Source: a virus
Virus genome (UHGV): UHGV-1383976
Length of the DNA stretch: 64,000 bases
Strand: one strand, 5' to 3'
Each line of letters opens with the position of its first letter. Within the stretch, counting starts at the first letter, position 1. The notes under the pieces were generated by a model. It had not been told where the DNA came from. It was given only the letters and a program-made list of their open reading frames with translations, and ran no database searches. Positions 9,640 through 21,500 of this stretch are shown piece after piece. The translations under genes and the position numbers were made by a program.

Positions 9640-10686
9640 ATGGCTACTATAAAAGAACTGAAAGACCTCGCTCTCCACGCCGCTAAGGGTACTGCTCCCG
9701 CAAACTTCACTCAAGAAAATGTTGAGGATGCTTTCCGTGGTGAGATGGGTAAGCTCGCTTCTTCTTTGAACGAGTTCAATCGTAATAAGTACGATATTTT
9801 TGAGATTATAATGAGTGCCGCCGATGAAATCGTTCCTAATAAGGTTATTTCCGGTATGGCTCCATTTGCTGAAGTTCAGCAAGTTGCCTTCAAGCAGAAG
9901 GCCGTCTTCCGTCGTCGTGTTGGTCAGAACCGCGCTAAGCTGTTCCTTACCCGTGCGGCTGCGGCTGGTGTTTATGAGACTTTCCGTCTTGATCACACTG
10001 ATTTTACCGTTGAGACTTATGCGATCGGCGGTGCGACCACTATCGACTTCCAGCGTTTCCTTGATGGCGCTGAGACTATGTCCGAGCTTATGGATATCGT
10101 GACCGAGGGTATGGTTGACGTTATCTATGGTGAAGTTCAGCGTGCGCTGAAGGATGCTATCAATGCGGCTGGTCGTCCTGCGGTTAACAAGTATTTCGGC
10201 AACTCCTTTGATGGCACTGAAATGATGAAGCTTATTTCTGTTGTCAAGGCTTACGGCTCTAGTGCTGTTATCTTTGCTCCTCCTGAGTTCGTTGCCGCTA
10301 TGGGTCCGGATGCTATCGTTCCTGTCGGTACTAACTATCAAGGCGTTTATCATCCTCAGGACATCGATGCAATTCACAACACTGGCTACGTCAATCTGTT
10401 CCGTGGTACTCCCATTGTTCAGATCCCTCAGTCCTTTATTGACGAGAGCAATACCAAGACTTGGATTGATCCACAGTTTGCTTACATTCTTCCTGCTGGT
10501 AAGGAAAAGGTTGTCAAGGTTGTTCTTGAGGGTGGCCAGCAAATGTACGACTTCCAGAACCGCGACGCTTCTATGGAACTTCACACCTATCGTCTGATGG
10601 GCGTTGCTATTCTGGCACATCACAACTGGGCGATTTACCAGAACACTGGTATCACCGAGACTGTTGATTCCCCTTACGATATATAA
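9640..10686 (+). CDS. Putative major capsid protein (348 aa)
   Basis: Track start 9634 is TTG; ATG at 9640 sits 9 nt after GAGGAGG. Highly biased codon usage (gct/ctt/ggt). Followed by a strong rho-independent terminator. Lies after the scaffold gene. Confidence 0.55.
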   Translation: MATIKELKDLALHAAKGTAPANFTQENVEDAFRGEMGKLASSLNEFNRNKYDIFEIIMSAADEIVPNKVISGMAPFAEVQQVAFKQKAVFRRRVGQNRAKLFLTRAAAAGVYETFRLDHTDFTVETYAIGGATTIDFQRFLDGAETMSELMDIVTEGMVDVIYGEVQRALKDAINAAGRPAVNKYFGNSFDGTEMMKLISVVKAYGSSAVIFAPPEFVAAMGPDAIVPVGTNYQGVYHPQDIDAIHNTGYVNLFRGTPIVQIPQSFIDESNTKTWIDPQFAYILPAGKEKVVKVVLEGGQQMYDFQNRDASMELHTYRLMGVAILAHHNWAIYQNTGITETVDSPYDI

Positions 10687-10696
10687 TTGAGTTATG

Positions 10697-10735
10697 AAGA
10701 GGGAGGGAGTTTCTCCCTTCCTCTATTTTTTATTT
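10697..10735 (+). terminator. Rho-independent terminator after capsid gene
   Basis: agagggaggga-gtttc-tcccttcctct hairpin followed by tattttttattttt. Confidence 0.8.
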
Positions 10736-10758
10736 TTAGGAGTAAAGGAGTTTTTATT

Positions 10759-11238
10759 ATGGATAAGAAAAAGATTGCTATTACAAGTCAGGTCAATGGC
10801 CGTGTTGGCATCAATGTGCCTGAGATGCGCTTCAAGAAAACTTGGGAAAAGAAAGGTCAAAAGGTTCTTGTAGACGCAGAGATACTGGAAGAGATTTTTT
10901 ATGACCCCGGTGTTGAGTATATGTTCCGTCAGGGCATTTTGTATATAGAGGATATGGACTTCAAGAAAGAAGTCGGTTTGGAGCCTAATGATGCGAAAGA
11001 GCCTGTCAATATCGTCAAGATTGATGATGCAAAGCTTGCTCGTGCACTTGGCCCTATGCCGGTTAGTGAATTTAGGAAGTTCTTTGAGCCGCTTACAACT
11101 GAACAGAAGCATCAAGTTGCCGACTATGCTATTACTCACGAATGTACTGATTTTAACAAGAGTGAAATAATTCAAAAGGCCATTGGCATTAATGTCATAA
11201 GCGCAATTCAGTTGAATAGGCAGGCTAAGGCTGAATAA
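10759..11238 (+). CDS. Hypothetical protein (159 aa), head-tail region
   Basis: ATG at 10759 with AAGGAG RBS. The longer track ORF start at 10687 lies inside the terminator hairpin and is rejected. Confidence 0.5.
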   Translation: MDKKKIAITSQVNGRVGINVPEMRFKKTWEKKGQKVLVDAEILEEIFYDPGVEYMFRQGILYIEDMDFKKEVGLEPNDAKEPVNIVKIDDAKLARALGPMPVSEFRKFFEPLTTEQKHQVADYAITHECTDFNKSEIIQKAIGINVISAIQLNRQAKAE

Positions 11239-11249
11239 GGAGGTTATAT

Positions 11250-11678
11250 ATGACCCCTATTAAAAAAGTATATAATGCGTTTCTTGTTAAAATTTTGGAT
11301 GATGAATGGGCGCAGTGGCTTTGGGAAGAAGTTCATCAGGATTTGAAAGAGCTTTATTTTAGCGCCGCGGCTTGGTTCAAGTTCCCTCGCAACGATATTA
11401 GTTTAGCTGATGATACTCATATAGCGGGTGACCTTGATAACTCAGAAATCCAAATTTTGGCTGTACGTATGAAGGTTGAGTGGCTAAACCGCTCAATTAT
11501 GACTTGGGAAAATATCAAACCTCTTTATGAGGAAAGAGATTTCTCTCAGGCTAATATGTTAGATAAACTTAGTTCAGCTCTTGAGAAAGAAGAAAAGCGG
11601 GCAAACCGTTTGGAAACCACTTATTATCGCTCAAGAGATAAGAAATCCTTTGACTATTCTAAATTGGCAGGTGGCTAA
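11250..11678 (+). CDS. Hypothetical protein (142 aa), possible head-tail connector component
   Basis: AGGAGG RBS 8 nt upstream; position. Confidence 0.45.
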   Translation: MTPIKKVYNAFLVKILDDEWAQWLWEEVHQDLKELYFSAAAWFKFPRNDISLADDTHIAGDLDNSEIQILAVRMKVEWLNRSIMTWENIKPLYEERDFSQANMLDKLSSALEKEEKRANRLETTYYRSRDKKSFDYSKLAGG

Positions 11679-11679
11679 T

Positions 11680-11946
11680 ATGGAATATGCTGAGGAAATG
11701 AAAGAGGGGTATGATAACAAGCTAAAAAATAAGATTTTCCATTTGCTTTGCGAGTATGAGGAGAATGGAGAATGGGAAAAGTTTTTAGATAGTATTCTAA
11801 TTGAATTGATGGGCGTTGATGAAAGTGAGCGCTCAATCAATTATTATATTTTATTCAAAAAACTTTCTAGCTTGAAATATCTTAGCTACAAATATTTTCG
11901 GACAACAATTTTTGATTGTATGTCTCTCATAGGAGGCGGTTTGTGA
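11680..11946 (+). CDS. Hypothetical protein (88 aa)
   Basis: ATG at 11680 preceded by AGGTGG, 1 nt after the upstream stop. Track start 11581 lies inside the upstream gene. Confidence 0.4.
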   Translation: MEYAEEMKEGYDNKLKNKIFHLLCEYEENGEWEKFLDSILIELMGVDESERSINYYILFKKLSSLKYLSYKYFRTTIFDCMSLIGGGL

Positions 11947-12671
11947 TGGATTATTTTGAGGACGTATATCTCAAACGTCTGAACCGCTATGGGATAGATT
12001 ATCAATCCCGTGTTCAGAATAAGCGTGAAAAGGAGTTTGAAGATTATTTACTCAAGTCCGTTTATCGTGTTGATTTTGAATATGAGGATGCTATACACCC
12101 CGGAATCCTTGAAAAGTATAAACAAGATGAAACTCAAACCTTACAATATTTGCTGACTCGAAGAAAATTAAACATTCCAAATGGTACTATCCTTATGATA
12201 GAAAACAAAGATGGAATTCTAAAGCCTTGGATGATTTATTGGATGGAGGAAATTTCCGCCAGTGGGTATAACAAATATATTGTATTACGAATGTCTCATT
12301 ACATTCAGTGGATATCCCGCGCTGGAAAGCAATGTTCTACTTGGGCTTATATGTATGGACAAGAGGATAATATGCTCAAAGACGAACTCAAGTCTAGAAG
12401 CCGCTCCGCTGGTCTATATACCGAAAATCTCAAAATGAGTTTCTTCGTAATGCCGACAAACGCTGATTTGCGAAAAGATGACTATTTTGAGACAGGTGAG
12501 GGCGACCTTAAAGAAGGCTACCGCGTAACAGGTTATGATATACAGTCTGACCTTGGAGTTGAATTCGTCACTGTCGATCCTGTATATTTGTTTGACCTAA
12601 CGCCTGCTCCAGAAAAAACTGAAGAAGACAGTGAGGATGATTTCTTCTGGTTGAATGGAGGTAAGGAATAA
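11946..12671 (+). CDS. Hypothetical protein (241 aa), head-tail joining region
   Basis: ATG 11946 after GGAGGCGG RBS; translational coupling with neighbours. Confidence 0.45.
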   Translation: MDYFEDVYLKRLNRYGIDYQSRVQNKREKEFEDYLLKSVYRVDFEYEDAIHPGILEKYKQDETQTLQYLLTRRKLNIPNGTILMIENKDGILKPWMIYWMEEISASGYNKYIVLRMSHYIQWISRAGKQCSTWAYMYGQEDNMLKDELKSRSRSAGLYTENLKMSFFVMPTNADLRKDDYFETGEGDLKEGYRVTGYDIQSDLGVEFVTVDPVYLFDLTPAPEKTEEDSEDDFFWLNGGKE

Positions 12672-13162
12672 TGGGAGTTAGAAATTGTGCTGATATTGGA
12701 GAGAACCTTCAAAAGATTATAAGTCGCTTGATGGATAATCAAAATTTGTTGAAATATTTGTACTATTCTGACAAAGACCCTCTATCCAATCCTGATTTGA
12801 CTGACGAACAAATCAAAAAAGAAGTTTTTGAAAAAATTGTCAAAGTGACGCCCCGTATTGGCTCTAAAGAAACTGCACAGTCATTGATACTTGTACGGTG
12901 TAGTCAAGGGAGCCGGTTAGGTGCGAATAGCGAATTCAAGTTGATAAATTTTATTGTTGAAATTTATGTTCCTGATACTCAGTGGCTTATCAAAGGACAA
13001 AATTTGCGGCCTTTCGCTATAATGGGAGAAATTCAAAAGTCTCTTGATGGAAAGCTTATCAATGGACTTGGTAAGCTAACTGGTGGTGATTTTCAATATA
13101 ACTTCTCAAGTGAAGAAATGACTTGCTATTTTCAAAATTTTGAGGTTATAGCATATGACTAA
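12671..13162 (+). CDS. Hypothetical protein (163 aa), head-tail joining region
   Basis: ATG 12671 after AAGGAA; overlaps stop of upstream gene. Confidence 0.45.
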   Translation: MGVRNCADIGENLQKIISRLMDNQNLLKYLYYSDKDPLSNPDLTDEQIKKEVFEKIVKVTPRIGSKETAQSLILVRCSQGSRLGANSEFKLINFIVEIYVPDTQWLIKGQNLRPFAIMGEIQKSLDGKLINGLGKLTGGDFQYNFSSEEMTCYFQNFEVIAYD

Positions 13163-13889
13163 TGAAAATTTTTTCATTGGTGAACCTATTCATTTCAAAA
13201 ACTTATGTAAAATTTATCCCGCAAAAGTTAGAGAAGTTATAACAAATGAAGAGTTAGGTTTATACCAACAACTCCTATTTATAACGCAAGATGAGTTGCG
13301 AGACAAATGGTTTGAAGAGAAAATTGAAGGTGAACCCTTTACGCCATTTCAGTTCGTATTAAATTATGCGCGAGCTGGTGAAGGTCGCGAAGAAACGGTA
13401 AGTCGCGCTTTTCAGTTCTTTATTCACGAACCAGTTTCTTTTTTGTTTGATATGAATATGATTGTCATTGGGGATTTGAAAGAAGAACTCAAAAAAATTG
13501 ATTCTGTTGATGAGTTGCGGCTTTTGAAGGAAGAAGATTATTTTGATTTTCAAAACCTCTTGCGCGAATCATTTGGTGATTCACCAGTTGGCCCACCTGA
13601 CCCGCCTGATCTTGATCCACGTATTGCACGCATCAAAAGATTAGGTCGAAAGAGAGAGAAGCTGGCTGCCAAGAAAGGTTTAAAATTTTCTGATCTAATG
13701 GTATCCATTTGCTGTATGGGGATTGGGATAACGCCACTTAATGTTGGAGAGTTGAGCAAATGCGCAATTTCGGCATTACTTCAGAGCTATCAAGCCAAAG
13801 AAAAATTTGACTTAGACGCTCGGAGTTTACTTGCCGGAGCGGATAAAAATAAGGTAAAAATTGAATATTGGATAAAAAATTTTGAATAA
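13155..13889 (+). CDS. Hypothetical protein (244 aa) preceding major tail protein
   Basis: ATG 13155 overlaps upstream gene by 8 nt. Confidence 0.45.
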   Translation: MTNENFFIGEPIHFKNLCKIYPAKVREVITNEELGLYQQLLFITQDELRDKWFEEKIEGEPFTPFQFVLNYARAGEGREETVSRAFQFFIHEPVSFLFDMNMIVIGDLKEELKKIDSVDELRLLKEEDYFDFQNLLRESFGDSPVGPPDPPDLDPRIARIKRLGRKREKLAAKKGLKFSDLMVSICCMGIGITPLNVGELSKCAISALLQSYQAKEKFDLDARSLLAGADKNKVKIEYWIKNFE

Positions 13890-13906
13890 ATAGGAGGCTA
13901 TTTTTG

Positions 13907-14647
13907 ATGACTAATCTGTTAGATAAATATGGCATCAAAGAGGTCGCTGACGTAGTTTTCTATAAAATAAATCCTGACGGTAGCCGTGGCGCGCCTGTCC
14001 TTTATTTGGACACCCTCAAGGTTAGCACCATTGAGCAGACCGCAGAAAACGTCGCGGCTCGTGGTGGTAAGGGTAACCCTGAACTCATAATCTGGGACTT
14101 CAATAAAGAAATAACCCTTACTCTGCAGGATGCTTTGTTCTCAGCTAAGTCTCTTGCTATGATGTTTGGCTCTGAAGAAGTAAATGCTACTCATTTGATC
14201 AAGACCTTAGCAAAGGATGAGGTAACTTCTGAAGGTGCAAAGCATTACTTTACTGATATGAATGGCAAGAAAGTTGAACTCAAGCAGCCGCATTGGTATA
14301 AAGCAACTGGTGAGGAAGATACTACTACCAATCATACCGACGCTGTTTTTGTGACGGGTGATGTCGACATCACTGGCTACGAGTTCTCTATTGATGCGCA
14401 AAAGTTCCCTGACACTTATTATGTCACTGGCGATACCTATGCACGTAGCCAAGCCACTGGTGAGGATGAATATCTTCAGTTCATCGTTCAGAAAGCTAAG
14501 ATGCTGTCTGAGGTCACTCTTACTATGGAAGCTGAAGGCGATCCCGCTGTCTTCGATATGAACCTCAAGGTTCTTCGTCCGGCGGATGGTAAGATGCTCA
14601 AGCTTGTTAAGTATGACTTTACTGCTACCGCTGACAGCGATGGCTAA
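13907..14647 (+). CDS. Putative major tail (tube) protein (246 aa)
   Basis: Track start 13904 is TTG; ATG at 13907 sits 9 nt after AGGAGG. Strong codon bias. Followed by terminator and upstream of chaperone/tape-measure genes. Confidence 0.5.
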   Translation: MTNLLDKYGIKEVADVVFYKINPDGSRGAPVLYLDTLKVSTIEQTAENVAARGGKGNPELIIWDFNKEITLTLQDALFSAKSLAMMFGSEEVNATHLIKTLAKDEVTSEGAKHYFTDMNGKKVELKQPHWYKATGEEDTTTNHTDAVFVTGDVDITGYEFSIDAQKFPDTYYVTGDTYARSQATGEDEYLQFIVQKAKMLSEVTLTMEAEGDPAVFDMNLKVLRPADGKMLKLVKYDFTATADSDG

Positions 14648-14660
14648 TTTTATAAACCCT

Positions 14661-14697
14661 GAGTAGGTGGTGTCTTACCACCTACTCATTTTTTTAT
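14661..14697 (+). terminator. Rho-independent terminator after major tail gene
   Basis: gagtaggtggt-gtctt-accacctactc hairpin followed by atttttttattt. Confidence 0.8.
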
Positions 14698-14712
14698 TTA
14701 GGAGGACAGGAG

Positions 14713-15492
14713 ATGGATTACCAACAATTTTCCTTGAAGGAACTTTATCAAGTTTCTTTAAAGGCTAACTATGAGTTGGAAATCAACGGTCAAAAGTTCT
14801 ACCCCGGAGATGTTATTACAACTTTTGATCATATTCAACTTGCTAATTTTGGAGAAATACGTCAATTCATTGCTGCCCGTGGTGGATTTGACAATCGCGC
14901 GCAAGTAGTTTGGGATACTGTTCAAGAAGTTCCGTTAACATTTACTCAAGGGGTTTTTTCTCGTGAGCAAATGGCAATTATGAATAATTTACGGATTGTG
15001 TCACAAGAGAATTCGACGCTTATACTGACACAAACTGAACAGTGTGAAAGCAACGAAAATGGCGTTATTGTTTTGCGTCATACGCCATCATCTAACTTGC
15101 ACGTGCGTGCTATTGATGGTAAGGGCATAATTTATACGCAGGATGAAAATGTGCTTACATTAAATAGGAATTATTGCAATTGTATTGTATCTTATTGCTT
15201 TGAATATAAAAAACCAAGGACAGATCTTGTTGTTGGTGAACGCTTTATAAATGGTTTTTTATCTTTGGAAGGCCGCACAAGATTTAAAGATGATAAAACA
15301 GGAGCCAACCATACTGGTATAATCCAAATTCCAAAACTGAAAATTGTATCTAAGTTTACTCTCCAGCTCGGCGAAAATGCTATGCCAGTCAATGGTTCAT
15401 TCGATGCGATTGCATATCCTGTAGGGCCGCGAGGTAATGTTAGAATTGTTGATTTATGGCTTCTTGATGAAGACATAGATGCAGATTTCTAA
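14713..15492 (+). CDS. Putative tail assembly chaperone (259 aa) by position
   Basis: GGAGG RBS; lies between major tail protein and tape measure; no -1 frameshift partner ORF found. Confidence 0.35.
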   Translation: MDYQQFSLKELYQVSLKANYELEINGQKFYPGDVITTFDHIQLANFGEIRQFIAARGGFDNRAQVVWDTVQEVPLTFTQGVFSREQMAIMNNLRIVSQENSTLILTQTEQCESNENGVIVLRHTPSSNLHVRAIDGKGIIYTQDENVLTLNRNYCNCIVSYCFEYKKPRTDLVVGERFINGFLSLEGRTRFKDDKTGANHTGIIQIPKLKIVSKFTLQLGENAMPVNGSFDAIAYPVGPRGNVRIVDLWLLDEDIDADF

Positions 15493-15506
15493 AGGAGGAG
15501 TAAAGG

Positions 15507-18500
15507 ATGCCTACAAATAGGACAGTGTCCGGGACAATCAATCTAAAGGCGCTTTTGGATGTTAGTCAAATTAGAAAGGCCGCTGGCGATATTGAGAGTG
15601 CGCTGAGCGGAATTTCGCTTCCAAAGAACATTAGCAATGCTCTAAATAAGAACTTGGAAAAGATGAAGTCAGATATGACTCGTCTTGACCAGATTCTCGC
15701 AGGAAATATTACAGCTGATAGCTCTAAAGACGCACTAAACACAGCACAAAGAATTCTCAAGGCTTATAGCGATATAAAAGTCGCGGTTGCGCAAGCTGCA
15801 AATTTGTCAAATGCGCAGCTCAAGAAATTGTTTCCTGAGTCGGTTGCGGAGAATATTGAGAAAGCAAATAGGGCACTTGAGAAATATAATTCTAATTTAG
15901 AGAAATATAACAGCGGAAAAAGGCAAAAAGAAAGTGACATATCATACCAAAAAGGCAGGCAAGCTGATTTACAAAAAGCTTTAGATGCTGAAAAGAAAAA
16001 ACCTACTGAGGATGCGGTAAAACAACAAATTGCTGACGCGCAAAAGCAATATAATGAAATTCAGCAAAAAATTCAAGAGTGGTATAGCAAAAAGGAAGGC
16101 CGAGATGCTCTTCCAGAAGGCCAAAAACGTAAATCAAGCACATATCGCCAACTTGTAGATGACTTGGCTAAGGCGGAGCAAGCTCTTGAAAAGTATAAAA
16201 CTGCGCTAAACAGTGTTCAATCCCCTGAGGCAATAAATAAATTAGAATCAGACTTGAATAGTGTTGCGGGGAAAATCAGAACAGCAGAAGAAGCCTTACG
16301 AAAATTTGAAAGCCAAAACAGCGCGCCCAGTTTTGAGACATTGCGTGCTGAACTTGAAAAACTTGGCATTGATATGTCAAATTTGCCCCAAGATGTCGAT
16401 GGCGCGAGACACGCAATCGCTAAACTGACAAACGATGAACTATCCAAAATTCAGTCACAAATCAGCGGCGTGATTTCAGCCACCGATAAAGGTTCTGGTG
16501 CTTTTGATAACTATGCTAGCGGTGCAAATCGCGCGCGAGATGCTGTTCGTCAGCTAACAAATCAAGAGCGCGAACTTCAGCAGTTCCAATCTCGCGTTGA
16601 ATATTTCTTTGGCTTCAACAATAGCGTCCAGCTTTTGAAAAATGCTGTGCGCGATGCTATTGACACAGTAAAAGATCTTGACAAAGCAATGACTGAGACC
16701 GCTGTTGTCACTGACTTTAGTGTTGGTGATATGTGGAAACAGTTACCGAAATATACAGATGAAGCTAACAAGCTCGGTGCGACAGTAAAAGGCGCATATG
16801 AGACATTGACATTGTTCTACCAACAGGGTTTGAATCAGAATCAGGCTTGGAATTTGGGCATTGAGACAATGAAAATGGCCCGCATTGCGGGGTTAGATTA
16901 TACTAATGCTACTAACCTTATGACAAGCGCGCTTCGTGGCTTCAATATGGAGTTAAATCAGGTTTCTTCTCAACGTGTCAATGACGTTTATTCGGAACTC
17001 GCAGCTATAACAGCATCTGACGTTAAAGAACTCGGTGTTGCAATGAGCAAGACGGCGTCTTTGGCTCATTCTGCTAATATGGAATTTGAGACGACTGCGG
17101 CTCTGTTAGCGCAAGGTGTTGAAGCGACTCGTGAAAGCCCCGAAACTATCGGTACTAGCTTGAAAACTGTAATAGCTCGTTTTACAGAAGTAAAAGAGCT
17201 ATTCACAAAAGATCAGTTGATGGGTACCGACAGTGAAGGCCAAGTTATCAATATAAACAAAATTGATACTGCCCTTCAGACGGTCGGTATTGATTTGAAA
17301 AAATTCTTGCTCGGCGAGGAAGGTTTGGATGATGTTTTACTTCAACTTTCTTCTCGTTGGAATACGCTAGATTTAGCAACACAAAGGTATATTGCGACTC
17401 AGGCGGCAGGTAGCCGGCAGCAATCTCGTTTCCTCGCAATGATCTCAAACTACTCCCGCACGCAAGAACTGGTCGAAGCCGCATATAACAGCACAGGCGC
17501 GTCGCAAAAGCAGTTTGAAAAAACCCTTGGCAGTCTTGAAGCAAAACTCAATAAGCTGACAAACGCGTGGGATACGTTCACAATGGGCTTAGCCAACAAT
17601 GCCGTTATCAAGGCGGTTGTTGACACGCTAACCACAATTCTTACAGTAATAAATAAGATAACAGGTGCGTTCGGTGATGGAGCTGGCGCGGTTCTGAAGT
17701 TTATGACTGCAATATCCCTTATAAAGGCTGGCGGCGTAGCTTTTGGCAGCGGTATGTCGTGGATTACGCAGGCTAAAGGTGCGATTGATAAGGGGCAGGC
17801 AATTCCGCATATCAAAGATGTCGCAGGCCAATACGCTCAGACACAATACGGTACTGGTTTCGGCCGTGCGATGGGCAATGCTTTTATTGGGCCTTGGCAA
17901 TTTATCCCCCTCACAATCAAAAAATGGAAAGAGAAGCTTGATAATTCTGAATATGCGAAACAATATATTGAGCATTTGAACCCTGTTCTAGAGCAAGCTT
18001 GGGAGACTGGAAATGCGCCAGAAATGCAGGCCTATCTTGGAGCAAGAAGAAATGCTGGGATAAAGCAATTTGTTTGGAGAGGGGGGCAATGGCTTTCAAA
18101 GAAAGGATTCTCTGACAGCGGCTTTACTCGTGGATTATTTACTAATCGCTTAACGCGCGGGACTTCGATGAAAGTCGCCCAAAGCATTGGTAAATCTTTG
18201 GGTCTTGTCGGTACTGAGGGAATGAAAGTAGCACAATCATTAACTGGTGTTGTTGCTGGCCTCTCTTTGCTTTCAACTGGAATTTTAGCTTTTGCAGCAG
18301 CAATAAAAATCGCGGACCTCAATCTAATCAATGCCAAAGAGGCCCAAGCCGCTGCTGAAGCCCAAAAATCCGCGCAGTCTCAAGCTCGTCAAAATCAAAG
18401 CTCTTTCAAAGAACAAATTTCAACCTATCGTCAACTTCAATCCACTCTTAAAGAAACTACAAAAGGGACTGATGCGTGGAACGAAGCTCTTGTCGCCGCG

Positions 18501-21500
18501 AATGAGAATGTTCTTGAAATGGCGAAGAATTGGGGCGATTTAGGGCTTACATATTCCGTTGATAATGAGACTGGCGCACTTCAACTTGATAAGACTTCGC
18601 AAAAGAAAGTAGAAGATAAACTTACATCTGCGACAAATGAATTGGCCTTCAAAACTGCTTTTACTCAAGCCTATGCCAATGCAGTTCAAGGACGCGATTA
18701 TGAGCGCTCTAGAGTTACTCAATCTCTAAGTGGAGCGGATGACCTTAAAGCCCAAAATAAGGCAAAAGCTTCTCTCAATACAGCAAACAGCCTGCTTGAT
18801 AGTGGACTGTCTAGTATCATTGATAGTTTTGACGGTTTCGGTTCAGCAATCAATAATGATTTGCTTGATGAGAAATACCTAAAGGGGGCCGGAAAAGAGG
18901 CCGCTAAATATTTCTGGCATACTACCGGAGATATGACTGAAGACCTTATGTCTCGCTTTGGCCTTACCCGTGAGCAAGTTCTTTCAACATATGGTAATGG
19001 TGAAAAGCTCGATGTTGAACTCGCGCACAATGCCTTAGGTCTAGATGATGTAGCCAACCAGTTGGCGGCAGAAGTCGAGGGCATGGCTTCAAAATTTACA
19101 GAAGCCTTCGAGGGGATGGCAAATCCTTCTGAGTCAGCACAAGCCTTCCTTGATGTTCTCAATGGCGTTGAAAATGTTGATCTGTCCAAACTTGAAGGCG
19201 CCGGTGAGAATATGTATGATATTCTTACCAGTTTAGGATATGAATATGGCACAGAAGCTTATGATAATGCTTACACTCAATTCCTCAATAATTTTGTTGA
19301 AGCAGTAAAAACTACAGCGACAAACGAAGCCCGCGCGAGAGGTGTTCTTGGGGACAAATTTGACTTGCTTTCTTCTGAGACTCAAAAGCAATTTGGTTCA
19401 ATGCTTTCTGATTCATCTAAATATTTTGGACGAAAAGGAGTAAACGAATTCCAAGATCAGCTCACAGCTCTTTCAAACGAAGGCGAAGTTGATGCTGACC
19501 GTCTGACTCAAGCCTATAATTCAATTGACTTTTCAAGTCCAATTCGCGCTATGTCTCAATTGCGCAAGATGGCACAGAGCACAAATAAAGAAATTCAAGC
19601 CCTTGGTCAACAAGGACTCAAGTCTCTGTCTGATAATACTAGTGCGCTAAGTCTGTCAAGCCAGTTTGAATATCTCTATGAGAATATTCTTTCTTCTGAT
19701 GAGAATCTAGAAGATTTGATTGACGAATTTGGCAAACTTGATGCTGATGACATCTACGATTTAGCTGACAGCTTTTCTGATCTTAAAACTTTCTTGAAAG
19801 AAAGCGGTGTTAGCGCGGCAGCTCTGGCAACTACACTTAATCGCATTAATAAAAATGGCCTCAATCCAAATCTTATAAGTGGCGAATTCTTGACTGCAAT
19901 GTCTAAACTCAATTCCTTTACAAATGGAATTGAAGGCACTATAAAAGAACTTGATAGCATTGATCTTGGCATAGATTATGGCCAGATGACTGACTTTGTG
20001 GCCGATTTGCTTGACCCGTGGAAAGAAATGATGAATAACGGTGAGTTTGGCAATGCTCAAGCTTCCGGTATTTATGATTTGTTCTTTGGCGCAGGCTCTT
20101 GGCGGAAAGTCACACAACAAGGTGAAGCGATGGTCAAGCAAGAAGGACAGCGTCTGTTCGACTTGCTCAATAATGTCGTCAATACAGGTGATTTGTCTCC
20201 CATTTGGGAAACTGTTTTGGGCACCGATACTCTTTCTGGTAAAGGCTTCAATGCTAAATGGAATGATGAACTGGGTCGCATAGATTGGGAAATCACGGAT
20301 GCAACTTATCAAGATATTTATGATTCTCTCGCTGGCAAGGGTTTATCTGATACTCTGATAAAGCTTTTGATAGGCGATGCTGCGAACTTCTCGATTGATT
20401 TAGCACAGATTGTTGATGCTAATGGCGTTGAAGAAGCTCTCAAATATCTTATCGAGAATACGAAAGGTATAATTGATCAATCACTAATTGATACGATTAT
20501 AAATCAGGCTGCTGACCCTGTTGAAGCTCAAAGAATTGCGGATGAATATCTCGCTAAAAATAATCGCAAAACTGATACTTGGACTGGACAAACTCTTATG
20601 TCTGGTATTCAGGCTGGTCATAATCAGAAAGATGTTTCTGGCGAGGGCGAATATGTTCAGGGGATTGCTGAAACAGCATTTGTCGATTCGATAAAAGCTC
20701 CGATTGATAAATACAAAGAGGCCGCACTTGAGTATTTCCAAGGTACAGAAGAAGATCTTCAGGCGGCACTTAAAGGGGCTACCGACAAAAAGGATTTCCT
20801 TAACTATTTTGTGGGTATGAGCGAGAAGGATGAGGCAGATGCAGGTAGAAAAGCTATCGAAGCTTTCTATGAGGCCGCAACAAGTGAAGTTGAGATTCAA
20901 CGTACTACTTGGAACGTTGATGAGATGTTTCAACTTACTGGGCAAGATGCCGATACTCTTTTCGCGGGGCTTTCAGAAGAAATCCAAAAGAATGCTGATG
21001 AGGCGTATAGACTTGTTTGGCAGGATCAAACTATTGATATTGACCCCAATATTCTGATTGAACAGTATAAAGGCGATTTATCATCTTATGTCAATGATGA
21101 GCTTGATAGCATTGCTGCCACGGATTATTCTGAGACACTTTCAAATGCTATTGCTGAAGGTTTAGCTAAATTTGATGGCAATCTTGAAATTACAGTAGAC
21201 GGCAAATCAATTACTACACAGGTTACAACAGCTATCAATGGGGCCGTCAATAAAAAAACATATACTGTCAAGGTCTATGGAGATGTTGAATTACCAAAAT
21301 CTCTTGGTGATTCGACAACAACCAGTAACCATAAATTTAGTAAAATCAAAAAAGCACCAAGTTCCGCAAATGGCACCTATGTTCCCTCTTACGCAGGCGG
21401 TACTCGTCGTGCAAAAGCTGGCCCCGCGCTCGGCGGCGAAGAAGGCGCTGAGATTGTCTGGAATAAAGAAAAAGGTTATGCTTATATTATTGGTGCGAAA

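Noticed and set aside
10687-10758. Longer start (10687) for the 10759 gene
   Set aside because: That region forms the capsid-gene terminator hairpin; ATG 10759 has a proper AAGGAG RBS
14713-15507. Programmed -1 frameshift in tail assembly chaperone
   Set aside because: Only a single ORF lies between the tail tube and tape measure genes, and no overlapping second frame or slippery heptamer was found
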